Shown one piece after another: positions 48,246 through 62,033 of a DNA stretch of 64,000 nt. The stretch is from positions 24,800,001-24,864,000 of the forward strand of contig OZ336872.1 in assembly GCA_965287045.1 (NCBI GenBank), in the 5' to 3' direction. Numbering within the stretch: the stretch's first letter is position 1; the number at the start of each line of letters is the position of its first letter. Source of the stretch: Carcharhinus amblyrhynchos (taxonomy: Eukaryota). Made by a program: the position numbers and the translations under genes. The notes under the pieces are model-generated. The model saw only the letters and a list, made by a program, of their open reading frames with translations, did not search any database and was not told where the DNA came from.

Positions 48246-51200
48246 TTGGTACGTTGGAACAGCTGGTCTTTTTCTGCCAATCAATCTTATATGTTTCTAG
48301 GAAGTTGCAGAATCCTGATTCAGTGGCAGTTGACAAAGAAAGTGTTCCTGATTTATGTACTACTTTGCATAAAAACATTTTCTTCTGTAAAAACAGTTTG
48401 AGAGTGAATTCATTAGTCTCCCGTTCTTGGTTTTATGGGCCATTTTCATGCAACCATTTTGCAATATTAAACAAAAATACTAAAGTATTTACAGGGTTAA
48501 TTGTTGTAAGGTTGCTCAATCCTTTGCAATGGAATGAGAAATGTCTTGAGGAATGTACAAATCAATGAAGACATACAGATTGGCTTACATTTGCGAAGTA
48601 ACTTAAAACTGAATAATAGAACAATTGTGGTGATACTCTTTAAGGAGTGGTGATGTATTAAAACTGAACCAATTAGTACTGGCTGCATAACCCAGGGTCA
48701 TCACAAGTTTTAGGTACATGTGAGTTATGTCACCTGTGGCATGAGTGTTTTATTCTCTGTAAACCACTTGTAAGCAGATGTACTATGACAACTAAAATGA
48801 CATATTTTCAATTTTGATTGGAATAACGAGAATTTTGAAAAAACTTAACAATAAGCAGATCCATTCAAGGGTGAAGAGAAAGTAAAATGAGTTTACTTTT
48901 GCACTGATAATTTAGTAAAAGTTTGGATGGTGGTTTGGTGATGTGCCAATTTACCATTATGTAGATCTTACATTTTATATGTTTGCCTAATCCTACTTGT
49001 GGGGGTTATCTGTGCGTAAAGGATAAGGCTTTGTAGCCTAAATGACTTTACGTTTGCATAGCTTGTATGTTTAATATATTTTTAGTGTTTATATTTCTTG
49101 TTTAACCCACCTTTGCAATAAATGCCATCTTCTTTGTGAAAGTGGTGTTTTGGGAGCACACGTCATTGTATAACTGTATAAATAATGAGAACAACTGCAC
49201 ATTTCAAAGGTATTTAATTAAATGGAGCTTTTATTAAATGGAGGGACACTAAGGCAGAAATCAGGGCAACATATTAATAATTAACTTTTCCTTTCTGTAA
49301 AAACTGAATAGGAGCCAAAAATGTGCCAATATATTACATGTTGGTCTACTGTTAGGTAAGTACTGGTGTTACATTTATTTTTTTTAAATCACTGATAATT
49401 GACTGCAGGTAAGGGCTCATACTACAAAAGGTTGTGCAGAGATTTTTCCTCGGTCATGTACACTGGATTTCTAAACTATTATCATTTAATTTACACATAA
49501 TGTCCAATTTTCTGTAATCATTCAATAAAAGCTACTATGATTGAATGCATTCAAATAAGATGTTACAGAACCACTCCAGTATGAGCAATAGTAGAAAAAT
49601 GCATATTTACAGAGTGATAACATTTCATCTCAAACACAACAAAGGTAAATTTTCACTCTAAATTTATCTACTTGAATATCAATAAAATATAATGAACTAT
49701 AAGCTACCCAGATTAGATATCTACTCTCCACAGCTCAATTCAACACTGGAGTGATCCCTTAAAATAACAGTAACAGAGGCATTCTTATTAGATTCACCAT
49801 TGCTTTGAATCAGAAATTAGAACAACCCTCCATTACAAGAAGCGTATCCTGGAACCTCCACATTCGACTTTGCCTCACTAGTAATGTGCACTTGAATATG
49901 TCCTAAAAACTAGCAACAACAATTCCAGGGACCTTTCAACCGCAAACATTGAAGATGAATTATTTTCTCCTGTTTATTCAGGGGGCTGCAATGCATCTTC
50001 TGGAAATATGATGTAATGTGCTTTGTAATGTAATTAATATCCTGTCTGCATCTGTAATAGATATTTTGGTAATACAGCTGGTATGCTTATTCCAAATTAT
50101 AGGTTTAAAATCTCTTCAATATAAACCCAAAAATGGCAAGCTGATAAACAATGGATTAAAATATATATCAAAAGGTATGAGAAATTGAAACAATCGCATG
50201 CCAAAAATAGAAAAATGATAAACAAAGTACAATACAGACTGAACTAATGTTTTACAAAATATTTCCTGAATTACCCACTGATTTCAATCAAGCAATTTAA
50301 AAGCAAAATTGTGTGGCCAAATCAATCCACAGGACAGTTAATTGTGTGTCGGCTACATTTCTAAATAGACTCCTGATGATTTTCATATTCTTGTTAACAA
50401 GTGTCCACACTGAAAATTATTATTGATATAAAAATATATTCTATACAATATATTCTTGCATATTTCTACAGTTCCATCAATGGCTTATTAAGCAATTTCG
50501 CCCGCGAATGTGCCATACAGATGGAGGAGATCCTTGCTTTGGTATGTGATCCATGCTAAATTGTCTGAAAAATCACCTGAGATGAAATATTTCCATCTTC
50601 TGCAAAAATTCAATTCATCCCAGTTCCCTAGTTCTGATTGCTATCCAGTGACTTGTGTTGGAAAATGTTTGAGTTTGGAGTGGCATAGGCTTCGGTCTGA
50701 TGCCTTCTATAGTCAAACAGCCCACAAACACTAAGGCCGGGATTCTCCCAATATAGTTTCAAGAATCAAATTTACAGAAAAATTGGAGTAAATCTCGTTT
50801 TTTTTCAGAGGGAGTTCACACTAGAATCTCCCACACTCTGTGCAATGAAGAGGCCACTAAAAGATTTAGGTGGCAGGTTTGGAGAATCGCCCCCTAAGAG
50901 TGAATTTCAATGGGGGGTGGGTTCCCCAGCCTGGTCACTGTAATCTCAATGGAAGAACGACAGAAAACCTGGAAAAACTACATAAAATATGGTTCGATCA
51001 ATCATTCCAGAATTTCTGCTGTTTTATGGTGAAACAGCAGCAATCAACAATCCTGTGAAAAGTCAGCCCATCCCTTTAGGTTCACACTGGCTAACCAGGT
51101 TAATGTGCAAGAAGATTGCTGGCCTGTCTGGAACAGTCTCCCAGTATGTGTCACCACTTTGGGAAAGGAGAGGAGAAAAGTGGAGGAAGAAATTAACAGA

Positions 51201-51249
51201 ATCCTGAATTTATGAATGATCTGTAAGTTTTACCAATGTGCCGTTTTAA

Positions 51250-52180
51250 TAGTCAAATTCTCCAATGCTCCCTATTCGTTCCATTAAAATGTACCACCTC
51301 ACACTTCCCCATATTAAATTTCATTCTACCACTTGTCAGTCCATGCTGCTAGCCTGTCTATGTCCTGCAATCGATTGGTTTCATCCTCATCGTTTGCCAC
51401 ATCTTCAAGTTTGGTCTCATCAGCAACGTTTGAAATTTTAACTGTATTGTATTCCAATCATTTATATATATCAAATAAATATTGGTCCTTGAACTGAACA
51501 CTGGGAATGCCATTGTCTAAAATCCACCAGTCTGAAACACAACTATTTATCTCAACTCGTGTTTTCTATCCTCAAGCCAATTTTTTAAATCCACGCTCCA
51601 ATTCCTTGAGCCTTAATTTTATTAACCAACCTTTTGGTGGCACTTTGTCAAACACTTTCTTAAAATCCACATAGATATCATCCACTGCATCCCCTTCATC
51701 TAATTTCTGCTATTTCATCAAAAACTTCAACTAAATTAGTCAAGTATATTGTGTCTTTTACAAATCTCTGCTGGCTCTCCTTAGTTAATTCAAATCTCAC
51801 CAAGTGCCTATTGCTTTTTTTCTAAAACTTTGCCTACCACAACTATTAAACTAACTGACTAATTACTAGGATTGTCTTACCTGTGCAAGGTTGCCACATT
51901 TGCCACTCTCCAATCTTCTGGCACTTTCTTTGTTTCTCAGAAAGATTGGGAGATTATGACAAGCCCTTCAGTTTTCACAATTCCCACTTTCTCTAGCAAG
52001 CTGGGAGGCAAGACAGCCGAACCCAGTAACCTATCCAGTCTAAGCACAGCTAGACTTTCCAGTACACTTTGCTTAACAGTTTTTACCCATCATTTATCTC
52101 TACCATTTCTGCTTCTACCATCATTTTGTCAGCATTCTCCTCCTCGGTAACACCAATAAAAACCATTCATTTCGTATTTT
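51250..52180 (-). mobile_element. Old CR1 RT fragment
   Basis: Reverse-strand remnants of the FADD region (gtctcatcagcaa), the GVPQGS region (gaacactgggaatgcc) and the DFKKAFDKVP region (ggcactttgtcaaacactttcttaaaatcc). Confidence 0.75.
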
Positions 52181-52238
52181 AACCTGGCTCTGTACCTCTG
52201 AACAAATGTTGCATAAACACAAACACAAACACATCTTG

Positions 52239-52938
52239 GGGCAAAATTTAATAGTCATGATAGTTACCCTAGGTAATGGCTGGAGAGCCAATGGCAATCC
52301 TGTTGTGATCATTCCAGTTCCCCTGTGTCTCCCCCAATCAAATTTAACACCAATCTGGCACTTACTTGGTTGATGATAGGGTCCTCGATATCATCATGGG
52401 AAATTTCCCTCCCTTGAGAGCTATCAGACAATGTGAAGTCAGCGGTTCTCCAATACTAGCAGTGCCACCTGGAATGCAACAACGGTTGGTACCTCCAATA
52501 GACCCAAGGGAAGTATCAAGGCCGGAGAAAAGGTAGCTGAGGCAGACTTGTGGGGAACAGTCAGGGAGGCCCCAGGAAGTAAGGGCAGATGTTTACAGGA
52601 TGGGGGGGCTCTTCACGCAGGTGTGGCCCTTGTCATTGTTGGGTTTTCCCGTTGGACATAGGCACCTCAAATAGCAGGGAGCCCCCTTGCAAGCAGCTTT
52701 CAGACATACCCACCAGGGTTCACCTGACAACCATTCGCTTGCTTGAATAACAGTGGCGATGGAATGAGACCCTTAAATGATCACCCAAAGGCCTCAATTG
52801 GCTTCCATGTGGAAACTCCCACCATCGATTTAATCGGGTGGAATTAGGAAGGTGACTGGCTCTCTAACCCACACTTTCTCATTGAATTGTGGAGTCAACC
52901 TCTCAGCCTGCTCCAGAGGGGAGAATTAACTTCTGCCC
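52239..52938. mobile_element. ~700-bp non-autonomous TIR element
   Basis: GC-richer block bounded by gggcaaaatttaat / attaacttctgccc. No ORF. Confidence 0.45.
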
Positions 52939-53825
52939 TTTGTCTTGTCTCTTACTACCTGCTTACTAGGGTACGATTTCTGGGTTACTTTTCAGGCTAA
53001 GCAGAGAAATGGTAAATTTAGTCAAGTTCAATTAGGCTTTTAACACAAGTTGTGCAGAAAAAAATCTATTTTTGTTCATCTTCTTGCTTCACAATTCTCA
53101 AACAAATAACACTACGAAAAACAAATGTGAAGAATAGTCCCACTTTTGGATTTTTGGGGCCCTGATTGTAGATCAGGAGGTTCATATGACCCATGACTGC
53201 ACTGATATAGTTCTCAGCCACATTGCCCTTCAATAACTTTTTTACTGAGTTGTCTCAGAGGAAATATTGCAAGACATGGTGTGCTACATGAATATATTTT
53301 TTTCAAACATCTGTTACTAGGTCACTCTTTGAATGAAACATTTCATTAAGAAACTTCTCACAGAAAGCAACTCTCACCATCACATAAAACCTATTGGAGC
53401 TTTCTGGACACCTGAAATCAAAGTTAAAGGATCTCTTAACCCATTCCTGAGGCAAAAGCTAATAACTCACACAATAAGAAAGACAGCCCAAGCCACATTC
53501 TTCTCCAGGCACTGTACAGCAATGAATTCCTAAAACTTCGCGCCAACATCAGCAACTGACGTTTATATAGTTACTTTAATATAAAAGAAAATCCCAGTGC
53601 ACATGACAGAAAGGCGTAAGCCAAGTCAGGAAGGGAGAGATTAGGGCCAGACTAACAGCCTGGCAAATTGATGGATTTTATGGGGCAAAGGGAACTGTGT
53701 GAAGAGAGTGAGCTCCAAAGTCTGCTAACAAGGTGGCGTGAAAGAGAAGCTGGGTGGCCAAAGGCTGAGTAGGAATTGAATCCACAAAGCAGGAGCTGAG
53801 TCTTATTTACAAGATGGCTTGAAGT

Positions 53826-54120
53826 GGGGTGGCACTGCTGCTTCACAGCACCAGAGATCTGGGTTTGATTTCCACATGGGCCACTGTCTGTGTGGAATCT
53901 GCGTGTTCTCCCCATATCTACATGGGTTTCCTCTGGGTGCTCTGGTTTCTTCCCACAGTCTGAAAGACATGTTGGGTTAGGTGCATTAGCCATGCTAAAT
54001 TCTCCCTCAGTGTACCCAAATAGGTGCCAGAGTGTGGCAACTGGGGAATTTTCACAATAACTTCCTCACAATGTTAATGTAAGCCTACATGCGACAGTAA
54101 TAAATAAACTTTAAACTTTA
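53826..54120 (+). mobile_element. V-SINE variant with alternative tail
   Basis: V core as in HE1, then ggggaattttcacaataacttc...atgttaatgtaagcctacatgcgacagtaataaataaactttaaacttta. Confidence 0.85.
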
Positions 54121-54154
54121 AGGCCAAGGGATAATATGGGAAAACTCTAGCGAA

Positions 54155-54522
54155 GGGGCGGCATGGTAGCACAGTGGTAGGGGTGGCATGGTATCACAGT
54201 GGTTAGCATTGCTGCTTCACAGCTCCAGGGATCTAGGTTTGATTCCCAGCTTGGGTCACTGCCTGTGTGGAGTTTGCACATTTTCCTCGTGTCTGTATGG
54301 GTTTCCTCCAGGTGTTCCGGTTTCCTCCCACAGTCCAAAGATGTGTGGGTTAGGTTGATTGGCCATGCTAAAAATTGCCCCTTAGTGTCCTCAGATGTGT
54401 AGGTTAGAGGGATCAGCGGGTAAATATGTAGGGATAATAGGCCTGGGTGGGATTGTGGTCGGTGCAGACTCGATGGGCCAAATGGCCTCTTTCTGCACTG
54501 TAGGGTTTCTATGATTCTATGA
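54155..54522 (+). mobile_element. HE1-type V-SINE, full length, duplicated 5' end
   Basis: ggggcggcatggtagcacagtggt is present twice in tandem (two substitutions), followed by the V core and tail tttctatgattctatga. Confidence 0.9.
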
Positions 54523-54640
54523 AGGGGTTTTGAATGTAGACTTTTGTAGGCCCAAGGTCAGACTGCAATTCAAACAAATTAATTTTATATTTAATAGCTC
54601 ATAAAGTAAAACACGCCAAAGCATTTCACTGGAGCATAAT

Positions 54641-54745
54641 CTGAGCAGCATTCCAAAAGCTTGTAATTCCAAATAAACCTGTTGGACTTTAACTTGATGT
54701 TCTTACTGTGCCCACCCCAGTCCAACGCCAGCATCTCCACATCAT
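54641..54745 (+). mobile_element. Degenerate Penelope-like terminus (AGCU family)
   Basis: aaagcttgtaattccaaataaacctgttggactttaac...ccccagtccaacgccagcatctccacat matches 2674-2775. The hammerhead core is destroyed. Confidence 0.75.
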
Positions 54746-55772
54746 GACAAAAACTGACACTGAGCTATTAGGAAGAGATATTAGGACAAATGACTAAAAG
54801 CTTGGTCAAAGAGATAGATTTTAAAGAAGGAGCAGAGTGGGGCAGAGAGGTGGAGAGATTTGGAGAGGAAGTTCTGGAGCTCCCTCCCTAAATCTGGCTC
54901 ATTGCAATGCATTGTAAATTTGACAGCAACACAGATAAAGACAACACATATTAAAAATAAGAAGGGTTTTTAGGAAATTCATTTGCAAGCATAAATTGCA
55001 CTCTTTCCTTCAATTCCCCCCCACGAGGTAATTACACCAGTTTGATAGATGGTTGTTTCACAGCAATAGCAATTTGTGAAGTAGAATGAGATGCCAAGTG
55101 CACTGAACATTTTGGTCTGATTATATAGTTTCCAGTCTTTGGGCTCTGATCCAGTTATAATTCTAAGGATGGTAGACTTTAAAAGAGATAGTTAAACAAA
55201 AAGATTTAAACTGAAAGAAACAAGAAGAATGATCATGTTTGCTGAGGTCTGTAATTTATTTTTCTTCCAAGTTAGAGGTTTTGGTTGTGAAGAAGCACCT
55301 TTCTTAAATGACCCTCGGGATGTGGGAAGATCTTACACAGTGTCGAGCCTCCAAACACAAGCAATCAGACTTTGTGCTGCAGGGAATGAAAAAGAGAAGA
55401 TTACCTCCTGATTAAGTGAGAATAAGGCCTTGAGCAAAAGAGTTTTAAGAAGACCAGATGGTGGAACTTTGGCTCAGAGGATCAGGCACTTGGAAAATAC
55501 TGTGCAGCTTAATTTTGTAAGTGAGTGTTGCTTTCAGCGTCAAAACTAAACATGTGAAAATGTAGCCACTCTCTATCAAAATATAGATTTCATAAAATGC
55601 TATGGTTTTGCTACATAGTGTTATCCTTGGTGGAAAATCAAAGTATCTGGTTGAAGAATTTTGTTTGAACTTTTAATTTTGGAAACAATTTACCATAACA
55701 TTAAAAAAATTGAAAAACTACGCTAATTCTGGGGGCTGCGTTACAATTCGAAACCTCTGATCATGCTTTCTG

Positions 55773-56083
55773 ATAGAATCATAGATTCCTACAGTGCAGA
55801 AGGAGGCCATTCGGCCCATCGAGTCTGCACCAACCACAATTCCACCCAGGCCATATCTCCATAACCCCATGCATTCATCCTAGTTAGTCCCCCGACACTA
55901 AGGGACAAATTAGCATGGCCAATCCACCTAACTTGCACATCTTTGGACTGTGGGAAGAAACCGGAGCATCCGGAGGAGACATGGGGAGAACGTACAGCCG
56001 CCACACAGACAGTGACCCAAGCTGGGAAACGGACACAGGTTCCTGGCACTCTGAAGCACCAGTGCTAACCGCTGTGCCACCCC
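55773..56083 (-). mobile_element. HE1-type V-SINE
   Basis: Reverse complement of the 54155 copy, including the tail. Confidence 0.9.
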
Positions 56084-56473
56084 TCAATGAGTAAATCATT
56101 CAGAGGTGCTCAGTCAGGCAATGTCAGATTCTATGTGAAATCTGAGCATTAACTGATCTCAGCAACAAGGCAATGTGGACACTAAAGTCTTCTGGCTTTG
56201 GGGAAGGAACAATTTTACTTTGCCATAATTCCTATTCCTGGTTGTTATCCAGTGACACGGTTACTGCAAACTGCACCCATTTGGGAGGGGACAAGTCATA
56301 GTTTTCCTGCAATGCCTTTACAGTTGCATAACTCACTAACATCCAATTGCTTAAGCTAACAGACAAGATACTACCTAGTCAGGGAGATGCTGAAAAGCTG
56401 TTACTCTGTGGAACTGGAAAGAAGGAAGAAAGGTGGAATCTGCCTGAGTTGATTGCTAGTGCTTCAACTGATC

Positions 56474-56912
56474 AGTGGCACAGTGGAAGTATCAATGGAC
56501 TAGTAATCTAGAGACCCAGGGTAATGCTCTGGGGACCTGGGTTCAAATGCTACCAGGGCAGATGGTGAAATTTGAATTCAATAAAAATCTGGAATATAGG
56601 ACAGGGTTTTATGACCTTGCTCATCCCAAATCCATAAAATCCCATCTGAAGTCAAAGGACCTTCCCATGCACCGCCCCTCGTCCGCTCCGATTCCCGTGG
56701 CAAGCGGAGCAGTAAAATTCTGGCCTAAGAGTCTAATGGTGATCATGAAGCTATTATCAATTGTAGTAAAAACCCATCTGGTTCACTAATGTCCTTTAGG
56801 AAAGGAAATTAAATGTAACTCCAGATGCACAGAAGCATGGTTGGTTCTTAAATGCCCTCTGAAACAGAGGGCAGTTAGGGATGGGCAATAAATGCTACAT
56901 CCACATCCTGTA
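56474..56912 (+). mobile_element. Second tRNA-headed SINE family, interrupted by a MITE
   Basis: Head gtggcacagtgg...ggggacctgggttcaaat; tail ttagggatgggcaataaatgct. Confidence 0.75.
56599..56725. mobile_element. ~127-bp MITE-like element
   Basis: Termini ggacagggtttta / gtaaaattctggcc are flanked by TA on both sides, and the interior matches 60741-60866. It sits cleanly inside a SINE. Confidence 0.65.
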
Positions 56913-57644
56913 GAAATTAATTTAATGAATCAGGAAGTAAATTATTTACTTCCAGGAAAGAAAGGCGTGCTAAACGCACAAAAAATACAAAATGGATAGA
57001 ACTCCTGAGATGTATAATGAGGTTCCTCATTGGCAAAATGACCCTGAACAGTTAAATATTAGGAAGCTAAAAGAATCATATTTTAAGATAACTGATTTTA
57101 CCTAATTGCTTTCTTGCATAACCTATTTATTTTCAACATAATAAAGTAATTTATTATAAAGGGCACTGTTACTTATGAATGCACACACAAATGTGCTCAT
57201 TCTGCCAAGAGTCTTGTAGCTGTGTAGTCTTGATGTGATATATTTCATTATTCTCCGATTATACAACATAGCTAAAAGGAAATGCCTTTACCTGATTACA
57301 TAAGAAAGTAAATGCTGAATCAACTTAGCCCATGACAAGACTTATTTAAAACATTATGAAAGCTCTACACGTCTGCATTGCATGATGGAGACTTAACATG
57401 AAATATCTGCTCCCCCAACTAATCCAATACTTTGCAGCACAAACTCTGACTCGGTTTCTCCCCAGTTCTTGTCAGTCTTAGTAATTCATTACAGAGCACA
57501 TTGATTTAAAACTCATACTTGCATCATTCACCAAGCTCATTCCTTTCTAAGTCTGCAACATGCCCGGCAGGTGATTCAGACACGAACATTCAGACATGCC
57601 CTTAAAAGTCCTTAAAATGTTCATTTTAAACAGTATAATGTCAG

Positions 57645-58280
57645 ATCTGATTTGGCTGATTTGATTTGATTTATTATTCTCACATGTATTGGGATGCAGT
57701 GAAAAATATTGTTTCTTGCGTGCTATACAGGCAAAACATACCATTCACAGAGTAAATAGGGGAGAAGGAAACGATAGAGTGCAGAATATAGTGTTGCAGT
57801 TACAGGTAGGGTGAAAAGAAAGATCAGCTTGATATATGATAGGACCATTCAAATGTCTGATGACAGCAGGGAAGAAACTGTTCGAATCTGTTGGTATTGT
57901 TTTCAGACTTTGTACCTTTTTCCCACCGGAAGAAGGTGGGAGAGAGTATATCAAGGGTTTGTGAGGTCCTTGATTATGCTGGCTGCTTTCCCAAGGCAGC
58001 GGGAAGTGTAGACAGAGTCAATGGATGGGAGGTTGGTTTGCGTGATTGACTGGGCTTGCAGTTTCTTGCGGTCTTGGTCAGAGCAGGAGCCATGCCAAGC
58101 TGTACATCTGGAAGGGATGCTTTCTATAGTGCATCTGTAAGAATGGGTGAGAATCATAGTGGACATGCCGAATTTCCTTAGTTTCCTGCAAAAGTAGAGG
58201 TGTTGATTGGCTTTCTTAACTACAGCGGCGGCATGGAGGGACCAGGACAGGTTGTTGGTGATCTAAACACCTGGAAAATT
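57645..58280 (-). mobile_element. Rex1/Babar-like LINE 3' fragment
   Basis: Minus-strand translation YRCTIESI...AWHGSCSDQDRKKLQ...LPSIDSVYTSRCLGKAASIIKD and NSFFPAVIRHLN; tail (aaatc)n. Confidence 0.8.
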
Positions 58281-58581
58281 GACAGTAGGGAGTGGATCTT
58301 TTCCCAGAGAATAGTAGACTTCCGTCACTTAAGTGAGAGCTGGACTTGTTTCTGGCTGTGGCAGAGATCACAAGGGTTAGGTGCTGCAAGGAATCCTGAG
58401 ACAATGTAATTGGCTGCACAAACTTTAATTGTCTAGAAGGGTTGAAGAGGAATTTGCTGGATTCTTTCCCAGATTGGCCTGGGTTTTTAATCTGCCTTTT
58501 TGGCTCACCCAGAAGATCTGATGGTTTAGGACAGGGCTAAGAGGATTTATATTGTGATGCACCCAATTTCTAAAAATTCAT

Positions 58582-59222
58582 TTTTATGGGATGCAGGTGT
58601 CAGTATTTATAGTCCATTCATAACTGCACTCCATTTCAGAGGGAACTTGAGAGTCAACCACATTGTTGTGGGTCTGGAGACATATGTAGGGAAGACCAGG
58701 TAAGGACGGCAGATTTCCTTCCCTAAAGGACATAGGTAAACCAGAAGTATTTTTATGATGATAGATGAAGATTTCTTGGTCATCATTAGACTTTTAGAAT
58801 CACAGAATCACAGAATCCCTATCGTGCAGAAGGAGGACATTTGGCCTTTTGAGCCTGCACAACAATTCCACCCAGGCCCTACCCTCGTAACCCCATGTAT
58901 TTACACTGCTAATCTCCCTGACACTAAGGAACAATTTAGCATTGTCAATCAACCTAATCCACACATTTTTGGGCTGTGGAAGGAAACCCAAGCAGATATG
59001 AGGAGAATGTGCAAACTCCACACTGATAGTCACTCAAGGCCTGAAATGAACCTGGGTCCCTAGAGCTGTGAGGCAGCAATGCTAACCAATGTGCTGCCCC
59101 ATTAATTCCAGATGTTTGTTGAGTTCAAACTTCACTCTCTGCTGTGGTGAGATTTGAACCCGGGTCCCCAGGTCAGTACCCTGGGTTTTTGGATTGCTAA
59201 TCCAGTGATAATTCCACTATGC
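58582..59222 (-). mobile_element. Second tRNA-headed SINE family, interrupted by an HE1 SINE
   Basis: The two halves are collinear with the 41440 copy. Confidence 0.75.
58795..59100 (-). mobile_element. HE1-type V-SINE nested in another SINE
   Basis: Splits the 58582-59222 element between catcattagacttt and taattccagat. Confidence 0.85.
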
Positions 59223-59954
59223 TCCCCCACCCCCGCTTCCGCGATTGCACAAGTTTGGCAGGATGGGCTAAAACATCTTTACCTGCCCATCATTGTTTGT
59301 GTGCTTGTACACAACCTTCTTCTGGAAAAGTGTACAAAGCAATCAGCATTTTTCAGAGCACAAAAGTTTTAGCAGATTGGCTAGGCAATTGAACACTGTG
59401 TATTCAAGCTGATCTCAGAACAGTGTATGGCCGAGATGGATTTATCATGAAACAAACTGTACAGTGGCACAGAGCCCCACATCTCAGGGAACTCCAAATC
59501 TGACAAATGAATTACAACCAAACAACAAAAAAGCAAAATCATCTTTGTCTGCTGGAAAATGCATGTGCAGCGAGGGAGGGATGGATCTAAATCAAGATGA
59601 CAGATATTACTTTCTTTTATTAGGACAGACAGTAGATTGTGAATGGAACATGATTTATGATTGTCACTTTATGTGTTGCAAAATGTTTCTACGTGTGTGT
59701 GGGTCAAATCCTCATGGGTGCAGGGCCATGGAAGGGGAAGCGAAGTCAGGAGGTGAGAAAGGGTACAAGTGCTGTAGGCACTAAGTATTTGCTGAGCTAC
59801 GATTACAATAATTAAAGTTGGGAAACAAAGACTGGCCCTGCCGCAGATGCCAACATTGAATGAACAAAATGAAATGAAAAATGGGAAACCAACTTCACGA
59901 TACTTCACCACCTTCTGAACACCTGTTCTTAACCAAACCATTGGTATCAATCAG

Positions 59955-60375
59955 AAGTCAACAGCTATCCTCTTCACCACCAGCTACATGGCCAATTTTT
60001 GTATCATCTATGAATTTCTCAAATATGCCATCCATATTTAAATCTAAATCATTGATGTATACAACAAACAGCACAAGCCCTAACAACAGCCCCCATGGAA
60101 CACCACTGGAAATTGTTTTCCATTTGCAAAAACATCCATTGACTGTTATTTCCTGTCGCTGAACCAAGTTTATGATCCAACTTGCCACTTTCCCTGTATC
60201 CCATAGAATCTCACTTTTCTAACAGTGTGCCATATGGAACCTTCTCAAATGCTTTATTAAAATCCACATAGATAATATCCATTGCACTACCCTTATCAAT
60301 CCTCCTTGTTGCATCCTCAAACATTTTGATTAAGACACAGTGTTCCCCTAACAACACCCTGCTGGCGTACCCTGA
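59955..60375 (-). mobile_element. Old CR1 RT fragment
   Basis: ORF 59958-60188(-) reads VNGCFCKWKTISSGVPWGLLLGLVLFVVYINDLD...KFIDDTKIG, a decayed RT core. Confidence 0.85.
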
Positions 60376-60740
60376 TCAATTGGAGCTTTTTGGAGCTTTA
60401 TCCTGTCCTCTCTCCTCCCCAGAGTCAAGATGGGATCCAGATTCTAAACTGCAAAGCTGGCAACACACAGAGCAGCCACTCAGCTCAAGTTAAAAAGAAA
60501 GCAGCCACTTTTGGATTGGATATTTACAATTAAAAGTTGGCTAATAATTCCTTATAAATTTTTTTTTTTGGCTGTTGTTAATTCCCTGATATTTATATTC
60601 CCGTGCTGAGGTTTGTTTATAATGAACGGGCCAGAGTGAGAAACCTGGGCATTGTCCGGGGTTGCGGTCATCAATGGGGTGAGCAGTGAAGGAGGCTGTC
60701 CGACCCCTCCAGCCAGTGCTGCTCTCTGAAAGGACTCAAA

Positions 60741-60866
60741 GGGCTGGATTTTCCAGCCGCGCTCACCCCAACACTGGAAAATCCTCCTGAGGTCAACGGA
60801 CCTTTGCATGGTCCGTGTCCTGCCGGTTATGGTTCCTGTGGCTGGTGGGACGGGAAAATCCTGCCC
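60741..60866. mobile_element. ~126-bp MITE-like element
   Basis: TIRs gggctggattttcc / ggaaaatcctgccc; interior ctgaggtcaacggacctttgcatgg. Confidence 0.7.
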
Positions 60867-61698
60867 ACAGTGTCTCTTCCATGTGGACCATTCATCTGCA
60901 TTTTGCAAAGATAATTTTTAATAATCACAGATGGATTTTGCGTTGGGCTGACTTTGTTGAGTGATGATTATCATGTATAGGATGATAATTTGAAGTAGTT
61001 TTTCAGGTAATAGAGAATCCACAATAAAAGTGCGACGACATAGTGAAATTTAAGCCTTTCTTTCTGTATCTCTAAAAGGTTTGTTGTACCTTACACAAGC
61101 AAAATGGGCTAAATATTCTTTCTCTGAAGACTTGCATACATGATAGGTTAAACTGTCACAACCCTTAGCCTCTCCAAAACGGAAATGCTGAGTTATCAGG
61201 AAAAATGCACTGTAACATTTGCAGGGAATGAAAAATGGGGCAGAAATTGAGAACGTTCCTTTTCTTGGTATGGCTCCTGGGGGTGGCGGGGCGGGGAGGG
61301 GTGGGGGGGGGTGGTGGGAGGGTGCTGGTGAAGCTCAGCACACAGCCACACTAACTCTGAAACCAGCACTGGCTTACAGCGCATACAACAATACCATTAT
61401 TTCACACCAGCTTTATTACAAGTCTCATTATTTAACAGCATTAATCAAAGGAATTATTTACTGCCTTGCCTGGTCGTAATTTATTTTACAATAGTTTACC
61501 TCACACTTTGAGAAGATCATTACATCAATTTTAATAATCCAGTTCTTTTGATCTTGGGATGGTTAGAGACCGGATATACCCCTGAAGATGGGATCCTGCC
61601 GAATTCCCATAACTCTGACTCCTTGGGAATTGCCTGGGAAGTTTGAACTTGTGGTGGGTAGTTCCTCTACTCCCTGGGACCCTCTGGAAAAAGTCTTT

Positions 61699-62033
61699 GG
61701 CTGGAACTTTCCTGCCTTGCCTACCACGGGAGTCATTGTGGGTGGGCCAGGAGTGTGCAAAGGGCAGGATTTCCTGGTCTTGGGACACACGCCTGGAAAA
61801 TCCCATCCTTTGACTCTGAATTAGAGTCGGAGGGTGGAATTTTCAGGCCTCTCCTGACAGGATCTTATGGCCTCGCCAATGCCTCATGATGGGTTCTCTA
61901 GGGTGGGAGCGGGTAAGGCATTTCAAAAGCCCTTAGACTTTGGCAGTGGAAGATCTCACTGGTGACCAATGACTTGTTGCATTCACCATGGGAAAACCTG
62001 CCTCTGGAGGAGGGGGACTGGAAAATCATAACC
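61699..62033. mobile_element. Two adjacent related MITE-like elements (~61699-61808 and ~61832-62033)
   Basis: Termini ggctggaactttcc / ggaaaatcccatcc and gggtggaattttc / gaaaatcataacc. Confidence 0.5.
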
